DNA from: Octopus vulgaris
Taxonomy: Eukaryota
Direction of reading: 5' to 3'
Assembly: GCA_951406725.2 (NCBI GenBank)
Contig: OX597825.1
Span: forward strand, 26,288,001 to 26,352,000
Length of the DNA: 64,000 nt
Of the stretch, positions 28,710 through 42,429 are shown in pieces; positions within the stretch are counted from its first letter, which is position 1; each line of letters begins with the position of its first letter. The notes beneath the pieces were generated by a model. The model was not told where the DNA came from and made no database searches. It saw only the letters and a program-made list of their open reading frames with translations. A program made the translations under genes and the position numbers.

Positions 28710-30477
28710 ATGAGTGGTATTGTCTTCTAACGAGATTGTTCATTTATGAAATCTTTGTGGTGTTTTCACCTGCTAGAACGAGCAGTTCAATTCGCTTCAG
28801 CTCATATTCCTTAGTAATAAAGTAGAGTAAAAAGTAGTATACTAGCCTGGTAATACACAAGCTGACTACGGCTGACATATATTTGACTGTTGAATGTTAA
28901 CACGGCCCACCTGAGGTTGAACTATAACAATAACGACAACGTTATTAGTACAATTGCATTGTAAATAAAACATTTACGACAACTGCTTATATACTTCTGC
29001 CAAAACACTTCTTCAAGATTTTATATACGTCACTTACCTAATAGATACAGATATTTCTTTCTTTTATAGACACAGGTCTGTAATATTTGGACAGAAGTCT
29101 AGTCGATTGCGTTGATTTCATTGCTTATTTCGTCTAATCCGATAGGAGGACACGCGAAGTCGATTTGGTGGAAAACGAACTTAGAATATAAAGACGGACG
29201 AAACGCCGTTAAGGACATGGTATAGCGTGCTAACGTTTCAGCCAGCTCACTACCTTTCTAACAGACAGAGCTAATGTGTTTTTTAAAAAAAATCCTTCTG
29301 GTAGATAAGAAAGTACAGGTTAAAAAAGTATGAACTTTTAATCGATACTCTTCTTCTAGCTAGGATTAATCATTAACCAATGAATTTAAGCGATTAGTTA
29401 GGCGATATTTTATGATAACCCTGCTCACGAATATGGTTGTACTGTACTCGTGAATTTTGTCCGAAATAATTCATACGCAGCTGACATATAAATGTTTGTG
29501 TTCTTTGCAATCCAAACGTTTTAAGTTATATGATAAATATAAGCAAGACTTCTTGAACATAAATCCTTGCACAATTTGCAGTATAGAAACATTAAGGTAG
29601 CGTTGATATAATACTTCTAATCAGATACTGTTATTAGGATTCGTAGCTTAATATTAGATTTTGTTCTTACATGGTATGTAATCTCAGCAAAAAATCTAAG
29701 ATTTACTATGGAAAGCGAAAACCAAACGCAAAGCTAAACAAACGAAGAATTGAAAAATAAATCACAAGAACCTAATAAAATGGCGAAAAAAATACAGAGA
29801 GAAAAAGAAAACACACAATATAGGCTAAAGGAGATAAGAGCTTATCAATAATATGTTTCCTTAATAACATTAAGATGGAGGTGGTGATGAATTATTTATC
29901 TATTGATCAAAAGGCAACAGTTTCTTAAGCTGTAGACTTTCTAGCATCTAATGAAATGTATATGATTAGATCTGATTTATTACAGTTGAGTAAATGCCAA
30001 AGAGCTTTAATGAAATTCTTCAGTCTACAGAGTAGCTTCACAAAAACCACAAACATGAAAATAAATAAATTGAAAAAAGAGAAAAATCTAGTGAACCACG
30101 CAAGGTAGAATTGTATACGTCACAATAAATAATTGAAATAGAGTGTGTATTGGATGAGTGCAATTATTTCTTATGTCTTCGGGATTTCTCATATATTTAA
30201 CTTTCTTTTTTACATTCCGTACATTTATTTATATATAATTTCTCGTACAATTCTAGAACAGTTTTGGTACATTTCATGTAGGAAGTAAAGGAAAGAACTT
30301 TTTGTATACTTTTCACCAGATAATATTTTTAAAAGATTAAATAACGTTTCAGAATGTGAAAAACACAATGTATGAATATTTATCACCTGAACACGCGCGG
30401 GTATCAGTCTGAATACGAGTGTACATTTAGATATGTTCCCTTGTAGGTCTCTTTCCCTAAGACTCGGAATCCATGCT

Positions 30478-30478
<1 letters not shown>

Positions 30479-30559
<81 letters not shown>
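30479..30559. repeat. (CTAT)n microsatellite
   Basis: Directly visible. Confidence 0.95.
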
Positions 30560-30949
30560 CCTCTCTCTCTCCTCTTTCTCTCTCTCTATATAAATATATA
30601 TATACATATATCTGTGAGTAAAACTATGCCAGACTCTCAATGATGGAGCCTTGTATCTTTGTTGTAAACCGGCTCCCACCACACAGGAAGAATTATGATG
30701 ATTAAAAAACATACACACCTGTATATATATTTGTAAGTAAAATATAATGATAAAATCAATATAAGATTTTATCGAAAATTCGTGTGGAGTGATATACTAT
30801 CAGTTGAGTTCCTGTTGACGGCTAACCACAACCATCAGCATAAAACATATGTGCCTAGATTTAGTTGCTAGTCACTCCGTGAAATCTTCTTATGGGTAAT
30901 CCATGTGATTTACGCTTGACTGCACAGGTTGCCTGGAGCATATATTAAC

Positions 30950-31106
30950 ATTAAAATAAAAATAATGAGTATGAAGACTTGCACGTCCACATAGTATATT
31001 TTATAGTTATGTACAATATATTATAATACTATATATTAATACGGTATATAGTTATAAAATACACATTGTGGATGTACAAATCTCCATCCTCTTTATTATT
31101 TTCAAT
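30950..31106. repeat. Imperfect inverted repeat (arms about 63 bp) abutting (TA)n
   Basis: GAGTATGAAGACTTGCACGTCCACATAGTATATTTTATAGTTATGTAC vs GTATATAGTTATAAAATACACATTGTGGATGTACAAATCTCCATCCTC. Confidence 0.8.
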
Positions 31107-31129
31107 ATATATATATATATATATATATG

Positions 31130-31166
<37 letters not shown>

Positions 31167-31189
31167 TGATAAATATAATAATACACAAA

Positions 31190-31552
31190 GTCCAAAATAT
31201 GTGAGGAGAGGTCTAGTCAATTATATCGATACCTGTGTTTCACTGGTACTTAATTTATCAACCCCGAAATGATGATAGGCAAAGTCGACTTCGGTGGAAT
31301 TTGAACTCAAAATCTAGCAGCAGGCGAAATAAACCTAAGCATTTCGTCCTACGTGTTAACGAATCTGCCAGCTCACCGCCTTATTTGATAACAATAGTAA
31401 TCTTTTCTACTCCAGGCACAGGCCTCGAAATTTGGTGAGAGGGGACCAGTCAATAAACTAGACCCCAGTACGCAAATGGTATTTAATTTATCGATCCCGA
31501 AAGCATGAAGGCAAAGTCGGCCTCGGCAGTATTTTAACTCAGAACGTAACAC
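31190..31552 (-). mobile_element. Two tandem SINE family B copies
   Basis: Reverse complement of the family B core: CTGGTACTTAATTTATCAACCCCGAAATGATGATAGGCAAAGTCGAC and TTTATCGATCCCGAAAGCATGAAGGCAAAGTCGGCCTCGGC. Confidence 0.85.
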
Positions 31553-31649
31553 CGCTATTGACAACAATAAGAATGACAGAAACAAAAGGCAGCCGTATTG
31601 GGATGTATAATTTCTTTCATTCTTCAATTATATACTTTTATTCTTCTTC

Positions 31650-32005
31650 CTTTTACTAGTTTCAGTCGTTTGACTACATCCATGCTGGTGCACCGTCTTA
31701 GAGGGCTTTAGTCTAGGAAATCCACCCCAGACTTATTCTTTGGAAGCCTAGGACTTATTTTATCGGTCCTTTTTGCCGAACTGTTAAGTTATGGGAACAA
31801 TCTGTTGTGTGGTCGCCCCCAGACGATGAAGTAGGCTAGCCCAATACGTAGATATGGAGGGAGAAGCCTAGACGTCGAGAAGAGAGTAGAGTTGTCTAGC
31901 AGTCATCCAAACGTGCGACATAACATAAACACACCAACATCGGTTGTCAAGTGATGGCGGGGATGGGGGTGGTCAACTACAGACACATGGATATGTATAC
32001 ATACA
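31650..32005 (-). mobile_element. SINE family A 3' half containing an insertion of about 125 bp
   Basis: Aligns to the family A tail except for about 31800-31925. Confidence 0.75.
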
Positions 32006-32011
32006 TGAATA

Positions 32012-32466
32012 TATCAAGGATATATTGTGCGACTGAAACCCTGGTATCTTTTTGGTCAACTGAAAGCAGTATTGGCACAAACTTGGCAGACATGTGTCTC
32101 ATACCAAAATCTGCAGTGATAATGGACTGAACTGAACCGTAACTAACCTGCACATCTTCGGATAACTCACGGATAACTGTACGCATACATGGGATGTCAG
32201 TCTCAGTTCTGCTGGTTACCGGTCTCCAACATCAACATTTCGACATTTTTGAAGCCATCTTGGAAATATCTGAAAATCTCGTACACTTGTGCGCGGCTTA
32301 TACATCCCTCTTCGTACATCTTCTGCAACTTTACGTAGGACTCTCAGCAGGTATCGCCATCACAACTTTCTCTGTTATGGTCAATGCAACGTTCACACAT
32401 TACACACTTTAATTCGAAGCAATGCTGTAAACAGCGGAAGTGAACTAGAACGTTAAAACTTAGTGA

Positions 32467-32468
<2 letters not shown>
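32012..32468 (-). mobile_element. Mariner transposase 5' fragment (pseudogene)
   Basis: KLQKMYEEGCISRAQVYEIFRYFQDG and TVIRELSEDVQVSYGSVQSIITADFGMRHMSAKFVPILLSVDQK (HTH domains and WVPxxL-equivalent linker). Confidence 0.85.
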
Positions 32469-32536
<68 letters not shown>

Positions 32537-33061
32537 GTGTGTGTAATTATATAATAATATAAATAATTTATAAATAGATGCATGTGGCGTATTGTCCTTG
32601 CCTTCGAATTTTCGGAGAAGATGAAACGGGGACAACTGCTGAAGGGGAATATTCTTTATATTGTCTTCTTTCTCTGTTTTTTTCTTTGTTCCAAAAAATT
32701 TCGTTTTCTATGATTTTGTTTTTATGTTTTCGTTTCTCATTGTATTCAACGTTTTTGTGATGTCCTGTGCCCATATATGCATCTATACATACCTATATAT
32801 GTAAGTATGTACATATATGTATGTATATATGCACATATTTTATTCTTTTACTCTTTTACTAGTTTCAGTCATTTGACTGAAAAGTCACTCGACCCCGGGA
32901 CTTATTCTTTGTAAGCCCAGTACTTATTCTATCGGTCTCTTTTGCCGAACCGCTAAGTGACGACGACGTAAACACACCAACATCGGTTGTCAAGCAATGC
33001 TGGGGGGGACAAACAAAAAAACACACAAACATACACACACACACACACACACACACATATA

Positions 33062-34334
33062 CGAGGGGCGTTCAATAAGTAATGCCCCTGACCCACTTGC
33101 AGTTGTTTGATCTAGCTGAAATTTTGCATGTGCACTTATATATACCTCTATAGAATAAGTAACGAACTACAGCTCTGAACTAATTGTGGTTTCTGATTTA
33201 CAGGTGTTTGAACTGAGTCAAGTGTGAAATGGAGCCTGTTGAGTGTCGAGCAGTGATCTGGTTTTTGTATTTGAAAGGACGCACACCACGGGAGACTTTT
33301 GATGAAATGAAAGTAACTTATGGTGATGATGTCCCATCATATGACCTTGTAAAACGCTGGCATTGTGAATTCAAACATAGTCGGAACTCTGTGGAAACAG
33401 CTCCCAGATCTGGTCGCCCCCTTCTGCCGTTGATGAGACGTCTGTCCGTCATGTTGAGGCTGCCATTTTGGAAGGTCAACGCATAACTATTCGCCAAATA
33501 GCCCATAAGGTCAAGATTAGTACCGGCTCTGTGGAACCTATCATTCATGACCATTTGCATATGCAAAAGGTGTCTGCCAGATGGATTTCCAGGTTGCTCA
33601 CACCTTTCCAGAAGCAAGAACGCGTTGAGTGCTCGAGGATGAATTTGGAGATGTGCCAAGAAGATGAGTCAAAATTTTTCAAAATACTGATCACACACGA
33701 TAAAACCTGGGTCCATCACTATCATCCATAGACCAAAGCCCAGTCAATGCAGTGAAAGCACCGTGACTCACCTCCTCCAAAGAAGGCAAGGGTGCAGCCC
33801 TCCGCTGACAAGGTTATGCTCACAGTCCTCTGGGACCAGGACGGAGTAGTGATGACAGATTTCCTGGCAAAGGGTACCACAATTACAGGAGCCTATTATG
33901 CTTCACTTTTGAGGAAATTAAGAGAAGCTATCAAAATCAAGAGGTGGGGCAAGATCAGCAAAGGCATCCTCCTCCTGCAGGACAACTCGCGTGTCGGTCC
34001 ACAACTCGCGTGTCGCCAGATCAGAAGCACAGGTGTGCAGCTATGAACTCCTCCCCTTGCACCCTCTGATTTTCACCTCTTCCCAGCCATGAAGTTGATT
34101 TTGAAAGGAAAGCGTTTCCCAAATGATGCAGCCTTGATTTCTGAAGTCACGTCGTGGTTGGAAGACCAAGCTGGGGTCTTCTACAAAAACGGTCTCCAGA
34201 GCTGTATCAAACGATGGGAAAAATGCATAACTCTGGGTAGTTCCTATGTAGGAAAAGACTAATAACTGTGCCAAGTGTCGTTGCTCTACTGCTATGGGAA
34301 GTGGGTCAGGGGCATTACTTATTGAACGCCCCTC

Positions 34335-34335
<1 letters not shown>
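33062..34335 (+). mobile_element. Full-length mariner transposon (1274 bp)
   Basis: Perfect 37-bp TIRs CGAGGGGCGTTCAATAAGTAATGCCCCTGACCCACTT with TA on both sides; contains a transposase pseudogene. Confidence 0.97.
33229..34262 (+). pseudogene. Mariner transposase pseudogene (frameshifts, stops, deletion in the YSPDL motif)
   Basis: MEPVECRAVIWFL..PRSGRP; KVSARWISRLLT; LITHDKTWVHHY; KVMLTVLWD; LLLQDN; APSDFHLF. Confidence 0.92.
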
Positions 34336-34401
<66 letters not shown>

Positions 34402-35052
34402 ACGGGCTTCTTTCAGTTTCCGCCTACCAAATCCACTCACAAGGCATTGGTCGGCCCGAGGCTATAGTAGAAGACATTTGGCCAAGATGCCACGCAGTGG
34501 GCCTGAACCCGGAACCATGTGGTTGGTTAGCAAGCTACTTACCACACAGCCACTCCTGCGCCTATTATATATTATTTATATTATTATATGATCGAACGCC
34601 ACGCATACATTTCCAAGTAAGTTTTATCTTAATAATTACGATGCACACTCTTCTATCTCTACTATCTCTTCTTTGTCTATCTCTCTCCTACTCTTGTTCT
34701 TCATAGTTTCTGGTTTTCTGTCCCACCCTTCCCTATTCTTCTCTTCTCCACTTTACCGTTACCTCTCTCTCTCACTATTCTAACTTGAATCTCTCGTCTG
34801 CCCATATCCTTCCTAAAGACAACATGTGCTTATACCTGTCTCCTCGCATATGCTCGTCTTCCTAACGTTCATAATAATTTTTTCTATCGTCTTAGCTTAA
34901 TAGCCCTCACTGTTTGTTTTTGATGTCTTGTTCTCACTGTTCTGTTTTTGTTTTTATGTTTTCGTTTCTGATAGTGTTCAACGTTTTTTTTATATCCTGT
35001 ATCCATATATGCATGTATGTATACATATATATAATATATGTGTGTGTGTATT

Positions 35053-35088
<36 letters not shown>

Positions 35089-35335
35089 TATATATATCAT
35101 ATATATATACGTATACATACATATGACTATGTAGGTATATATATGATATATATATTCATATATGTACAGATATATTTATCTATCATTCTATCAATCTATA
35201 AATATATAAAAATTCAAGTTTACTACCACTTCAAATTTGCTTGGGGAACACACGCACACGCACACACACTCACCCACACACTCACACACACATACGCACA
35301 CACACATGCGCACACACACATACGCACACACACAT

Positions 35336-35367
<32 letters not shown>

Positions 35368-36402
35368 GAAAATATATGTAACTGCAAGTATAATTCTGTA
35401 TACATTTGAAATTAACATGTCGGCGTATCCTTGTTATTTGGAAGAGCCTTACTTCGATAATTCGCCTACTTGTCTTGGAAGAGTATTTCTTCTTGAGAAT
35501 GTTTGTAAAACCAAGCTGAGTAGTGAATAATATTATAAGATGGTAAGATATGTGTTTCATCTTCGCCACTTTTCATCAACGACACACACAGAGTCTCATG
35601 TTTATAGCCTTCAAAGGACTACCTTTCGTATATGCCTCTGCTAAGCAACTTAGCAATTTAGATTAGGCATGGTTTTCTCCATTTAATTGTCTATGGAGCG
35701 TTGCTAGATTCAAAATCAAATCATCCATGAAGTAAGTTGTATCTCTTGTTGAAAATAGGTAAATCGTGCAACCTTTCTTATTCAAAGTTCGTAAAACTAG
35801 ATTTCAGTAAGGCATTTTCTGTTGCTGGTTTGGAGAGATTGCTAAAGCTTCGAATTGTCATCTCAAATTACATCGTCACATTTTTGTGTAAGAAAATACA
35901 TCTACGCCATCGCAACCAACTAATGTTACAAACAGAATTTGCTTCAATCATTACTAAGATAATTTCATTACTATGAATAGCATATCTTCATTAATTTAAT
36001 TTAAGATTAAGATAACGTAAACTCGCTAATGACTTTTGAGTTTGAATCTGAGGGCTCATGAATCATGATTAAATTATTTTATCACAAGGGAGTCTCTTCA
36101 TTGATTGAATTCTCAAAATTGACTTCATTTATCGTGTTAAAACAGTTTCAGTTTTTCCTTAGGTGGCGAAAACAGAGCAGTAATGATTTTTGCTTTCTGC
36201 TATTTTTTCTCGTTACATTATATACAGAGTGGTTTAAAAATCAAGAAATCTACTGTTACTCGTTTGAAATATTGAATAATACTCTATCAAATTAAAGCAA
36301 TGTTAAGACTAGGGAAAGAAATGAAAATAACTAACTATTACAAAGTTCAGCCGATAACAAAGAAACCCTCAACAAGATTCTATATGGGAATAATCTATAT
36401 GG

Positions 36403-36445
<43 letters not shown>

Positions 36446-36573
36446 CAACAACAATTGAGGAATGGACAAAATAGGCCAATCGACCCACTAGAAAGAGCAG
36501 CCAGGACTCAAACCGCCAAGTAGTAGTAATTCAGAAATTAAAGGAAAATTTAAAAACATTTACCCTAATTCAT

Positions 36574-36675
36574 CTTTAGACAATGCTTTGTTTCGGTGTT
36601 TTTAATGGCAAACCAGCTTAATTAAATTAAATTAAACTAAGTCAATCTACCAAAGGCTACACCTCATCGGTAAAG
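36574..36675 (-). ncRNA. Type I hammerhead ribozyme, U4C core variant, extended stem II
   Basis: CTTTA CCGATGA GGTGT [long inner hairpin] ACACC GAAA CAA AGCA TTG TC TAAAG; stems I, II and III all pair. Confidence 0.8.
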
Positions 36676-36754
36676 AAGCTAGGAGAAAATTTTAGGGCAG
36701 ATATTCCTAGGGCATAGATACAGCTGCCTCGTGTATATCTGTCTCTCCTGGCTT

Positions 36755-36856
36755 CTTTACCGATGAGGTGCAGCCTTTGGTAGATTGACTTAGTTTAATT
36801 TAATTTAATTAAGCTGGTTTGCCATTAAAAACACCTAAACTATGCATTGTCTAAAG
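36755..36856 (+). ncRNA. Second copy of the same hammerhead with G12 mutated, probably inactive
   Basis: CTTTA CCGATGA GGTG..CACC TAAA CTATGCATTG TC TAAAG. Confidence 0.65.
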
Positions 36857-37080
36857 ATGAATTAGGGTAAATGTTTTTAAATTTTCCTTTAATTTCTGAA
36901 TTACTACTACTTGGCGGTTTGAGTCCTGGCTGCTCTTTCTAGTGGGTCGAATGGCCTATTAAGGCCATTCCTCAATTGTTGTTGAATTTATATATATATA
37001 GTCTATGACTATTTTCTCTTTCTCACTAGACCGCTGGTGGCGAAAAAATTTCTATTGAATTTTTTGCTACCCTATATTGA

Positions 37081-37141
<61 letters not shown>

Positions 37142-40100
37142 GGAATCTCCCGTCGTTAGACGACGCATGAGGGTTCGGCAATTTCTTATCGAACAACCAG
37201 ACGGACGATTTGTTTATAATGTTCAAATGTTTGCGCACACATAAAGCTCATTCCGTCCATCAAACCGACAGTACCTTTACATGTGCAACAAGTGCTTCAT
37301 ATCAGATGACGAAATGATCGCAGAGTAACGTGAAATGAAATGCTTTTACTCAAGAGCACAACGAAACGCTCAGATTTTTGATAAGCATTATGCTATAAAA
37401 ACATCCAAGTTTTGCTCAATTGGCTTCTAGAAGCAGACATTTCGGCGGCTTGTGATACAAAAGTGGTTAATTTTAGCTCTATTTACGCATTCATATATCC
37501 TTACAGAAAAATGTTCGAAAGATAACGAGAGAGAGAGTCATAATGACAGAGCTGAACAAAAGGCAGGAACAATCTCTAGAGAACTCTATTGCTGTGCGGG
37601 GCCATTTACTTGTCATTAAATCGAGTTTTGGCCGATAGTGCGATACGAACTGTCAATTTTGCTGCTCATATACTGCTCATATTCTGATAGTCAAACCATC
37701 TGAAGGATCTTATGAATGCCTCAGTAGAGTATTTATGGTTACAAAGTAATGTCGATACGCAACACGCTAACTGTATACAAGTACTTGTAAATCATTGCAT
37801 GTAATATCGCAAAGGTAATCCATTCCCAGACAATAAGTAATTGACAGCATCTATCTATGTATATTATATTAAAGAAAATATTGGTACGTATATTTATTAA
37901 CTCTATTTCATATTAAATATGACACCAGAGAGACAAATCTAAATAATGTTTTCAAATATTGGTACAAGACGCAGCGCATCTACCGTAGTTTTATGAAATA
38001 CTGTTACAGGTAAAGTTAACAATAAACAAAATAGAAACTTATACGGTGACGGAACGTAAATAAAAACATAACACATTTTGTACAACGTTAATATATACCA
38101 AAATATTGAGATTTATTTCCACAAATGCACAACCGTTTTTATTGACTTCTGCTGTGATTTTTCGCTAATTTAAAATAAATATGGTATTGTGAAATATGAA
38201 ATATAACAAAATATAGTAAATTACCATCCTGCATTTACTCCAAAATTATTTACGTCTTGAAAATTATGAAGCAGATATAAAATGAACTGAAATTGTATTG
38301 AGGAATATGCGTGTGGTATTGTCAAGACATTTCACAAAACGTGATACTGAAGGAAAATAGAGCTAGGAAATAGACAAACGCAAACAGAAATGTCTGCAGT
38401 TCAGTATTTGTTGTAAAACAGGATCGTTGTTCTACAGGTGTGAACATGTGTAAACAGTTATATTTCCCGATGCCATATGCATGAGTTTTGTATAAAATTG
38501 TAAACTAACAAATACATTTATTTATCTTACGAGTGCGATGAGATGCCTATTGTAAATTTTTATGCGTGTGTCACTAAAGTAAATAACTAAATGCTCAACA
38601 CATTTGTTCTCCATTCGGTTCAGTCCTGAGAAGCAGAGACGAACCATAATATTCCAATAACCCACGCAGGAATTAGTTACTGAAAATATAAATCTACCGA
38701 GAAACTGAACATACTGCAGCCATTTATGATAGAAAGTGGAAGGCGATGTAGTTATCTCGGATATTAAGAGAAAGTGAGTTACACTAAAGAAAATGGAATT
38801 TGAGTTATGTTTGCTATAATTATATCAAATAAGGAGAGACAGAAAAATAACTTAAATACATTGTTACTGTGCCGGCTGACTGAACAGAACAATGGGAATT
38901 ATATAAGAGGAAAAAAACCCGAAATACTGGTATAAAATACAGCATTATAATTGATGTTAGTCTTATTTATTTTTTTTACACCGGGCAACGTACGAAAATA
39001 TAATGAAACAGCAAATTCAAATGTATTAGAAAAAGCAACGTGATATCCAATTAAAGAATAAGCAAATTGCACTTTTTTCAATTTTAAGAAAATAAAATAT
39101 CTACAAAAATTTCTCTTAGCAATCAGTTGGTAGGATATTTCCATTTCTCGAAAAGAATGGAACACAAACAAAGGCATTTTTTTGTTGTTGTGGCGTTCTA
39201 TTATAGTCAGCACAATATACGCACTATGTATGCAGTGTCAAGGAAATTTTGTTTCAACGTGTTTGGTATGTGTCTAATTCCTGGGGGTTTCGATTACGCT
39301 TGTCTGTATCTTTTTAGTATTTCAAAATTCACAACGTAGCTTTTATTTTTGGAATAACTTTGGTTTTAGTCTCCGCACTACGGTTTTCTTTTCTTCATGA
39401 ACACTATAGTTTTCTTCAACGATAATCCTGCTTGTACAGATACTTCGATCGTGTGGGGTACGTTTAAACTTCGTGGCGGGCTATTCCACCTTTCATCGTC
39501 TCGCACCCGGTCAAGTGCTGTGGCCTCAATGATATCGATTAACACCCCATCACATATCTCAGGCTTTGCGCTTCAATAAGAAACAATTATTATTATTGTT
39601 AGTATCTTTTGATGTGAGAAATAAAACGTATGACATTATTTTCATAGAGCAACACCGTAGAAATTAAGAAAGTCATTAACTTATTGACTTCCAAAGCAAA
39701 TTGTGGCAGAAAAACAGAATGTAGAATATGCTTCTTAGTGAGGAAATATGGTGAAATTACATAGATTACTCAAGAGAGAGACTGCACTTTACTGCACTTA
39801 AAGTGCTCGAAATGCAGTCGATGAAACGTGGTAAGTTCCAGACTAACTTGTGCAACTTCGCATCCTGCAAAAATGTGGTGGTATATTGTTTCCTTGGACT
39901 TATTTCATAAACAATATCTTTTTGTTTTGCTTTTTATTGTTGTGTGTTATTACATACTTATTTATTCATTCTATTTCTATTCAAAGTGTTATCCTGTCTT
40001 AATACCTTGCAATGCCATCATCTTGAAAAACGCTGTTAAGTGATATTGACTATCTACAATGACGTTTTGTAACGTTTATGCAAAGTTGTTTTCCTTTGAC

Positions 40101-40339
40101 TTTGAACGGTGCCTACTGGTAATAATAAAGAAAGGTGGCGACACGGCAGAATCATTACTGCTTTGAAAAACTGCTTTGTATTTATTCCAAATCATTACAT
40201 TTTTTACTAAATCTACCGCTTATTCTATCGGGGGTTGACAAAATAATGCACCTGTCAAAGTGATGTATAATCTATTGACGTTGCTGTAATGACGTCTGTC
40301 TTCTACTTAAGCAAAGGAACGCATTGTTTTATCCATTAA

Positions 40340-40530
40340 AACACATAGTTCCAGTCTGTCGACTGCGGCCACACTGGATAACTTTGTTGAAGGGTTTGTC
40401 GAATAAATTGACTCCTGCACTTATTCTTTTAAATGCGGTACTTATTTTTATCGATCTACTTTGCCGAACTGGTAAATTACGAGACGTAAACAAACCAACC
40501 CTGCTTATATACCGGTGGTGGGGGACAGAA
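40340..40530 (-). mobile_element. SINE family A 3' half, diverged
   Basis: GACTGCGGCCAC..CTTATTCTTT..TTTGCCGAAC..TAAACAAACCAAC. Confidence 0.7.
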
Positions 40531-40578
40531 ACAACGCACTATAACATACATGCACTCATACATACATGCATACACGCA

Positions 40579-40632
<54 letters not shown>

Positions 40633-41213
40633 AATATGCCTGCATTTAAACATTCTATTATTTCTGAATTATATCGTTAAATCTTTTCGGACAATTTTAC
40701 TTCCGTCGTGAAAGGGAGAAGCTACTCTCTTCTAACGGACACAAGATTGACAAGCATTACTTGCATCTCAACATGTCTAGACACATTAAGAATAACCATG
40801 CGAATAAACATTCCACATTTTGCTGAATACTGTACAATTAACGAGTATTTTATCGGTAGCTAGGTGTAAGCAATGATCAGCAAACAACTTGTTCGCTCAA
40901 AGAGTAAATAAAGTCGGCGTTTTTGCTTAGGCTCAGAGTTCCGGTGTCCAGAGTATTGAATGCCAATGAACCGAATGTGTAGAACAAACTGTCGTTGGAA
41001 AAGGCACAAGTAATATGACTACTTATACTGAAGCGACCAGCATAATTTCGCTTGACATTGCCTAAACGAGTTAAAGATAGATATGTCAGTAATTATTTCT
41101 AAATATTGAGGATATTACATTAGTTATATTACCCCGATGCAAAGCTTCACTGTTTTCAGGGGAGGATGTCGATGAAAGAAATATTAATAAATTTGTAGGG
41201 TCCGAGAAATTTA

Positions 41214-42429
41214 CTGGGTTGGTCAAAAAGGCAAATCGGATTTGTAAGTAAAAATAAAACACAAGTGAAAATAAGACAGCGATTTATTGAATAAATATAA
41301 TTATCATTTCGCTAAATTCTAACCTGCAAACGTGTGGGAAGATTCACTATTTCATGCACATAGAATTTCCGGTCTTTACTGGAGAAAAACACATCTATGT
41401 GAATTTTTATATCCTCTTCGAAATTGAATGTCCATCCATTTATTGAAAATAAAGAAACTGTGACTGGTAGAAATCTAAAAGTGAAACATCAGGCGAATAT
41501 GAAGGGTGCGGCAAAACTTCATAGTCAACCTCCCGCAACTTCTTCTGCATCGGCAAAGTTGGGATAAAAGATAATTCCCTTACCATTAGAAAATACTGGT
41601 TGATTCTGGTGGATAACTGCATTTGATTTGTCCAGCTAGTCAGAGTATACATCTAATTTGACGGCCCTACACATCTAATTTGACGGTAGGAAGAATATCG
41701 TAAAAACCAATACACTTTCGGCCACAAAGAACTGAAAACATAAACATTCTTTGGTTGAAGTCTTGTTTTGGGGGATGTCTATTGTCGTTCACCCTGCTTC
41801 CCCATGCTCGTTTACGTTTCACGTTTTTATAGACGATTTTTGTTTGTCTTATGACAACATTCTCTTACAAAACTTATCGCTTTCTTTCTTCACTTGTCAG
41901 CAACGAATCGCTGATGGAAAACTTTTTGGTGAGGTCATCTTAATTCAATGGATGTTGGACCCAAATACCGAGCCAATTGGTCAAACCAGGTTGATGCAAG
42001 TGTTTTTCATCACTCGATTCGTATACTTAGTAAATGTCTACCATCATACTGGTGGTCGGATAGCAAGGGTTGGTGTCAACGAATTCCTACATTTTACCGT
42101 TGCTAATCTCAGTTGACTGCCCGATGAAAATACAGAAAAGTACCCCTGGCACACACGTGAGGAAGCGGTATCCACTCCGTACAGAGCCATTACCTCCCTT
42201 CAGATTTCCGTCTCCTTCGCGCTGATAATGTTCCTGAAATTCTCCAGTTTCTGAATGATCGTCATCACACAAAATTTAACTTGTTACTCGAAAATTCATG
42301 TCGAATTACGATGCACTATCTCGCATCTAACCAGTGCGCTTGCGCAGGTACAGGCTGAAGCTGGCTATTTATTAAAGTGCTTGAAGTCTAGTGTACACTA
42401 AAACCGAACGGATACTTTTGCCAACCTTA
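41214..42429 (-). mobile_element. Old full-length mariner with degraded transposase
   Basis: Imperfect TIRs GGTTGGTCAAAAAG..TCGGATTT / AAACCGAACGGATACTTTTGCCAACC flanked by TA (Hsmar1-like TIR type); motifs IWVQHPL, YKNVKRKRAW, LQPKNVMFSV, EVLPHPSYSPDVSLLDFY. Confidence 0.88.

Larger units (their letters stand above)
32845..34565 (-). mobile_element. SINE family A copy split by the mariner insertion (tail 32845-33059, head about 34398-34565)
   Basis: The two halves reconstruct the intact SINE seen at 49963-50372. Confidence 0.85.
36441..37087 (+). mobile_element. Foldback element with 246-bp inverted arms, a hammerhead in each arm, and terminal hairpin tail, inserted in (TA)n
   Basis: Arms 36441-36686 and 36744-36989 (about 10 mismatches by eye), 57-bp spacer, unpaired tail 36990-37087. 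Confidence 0.9.
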
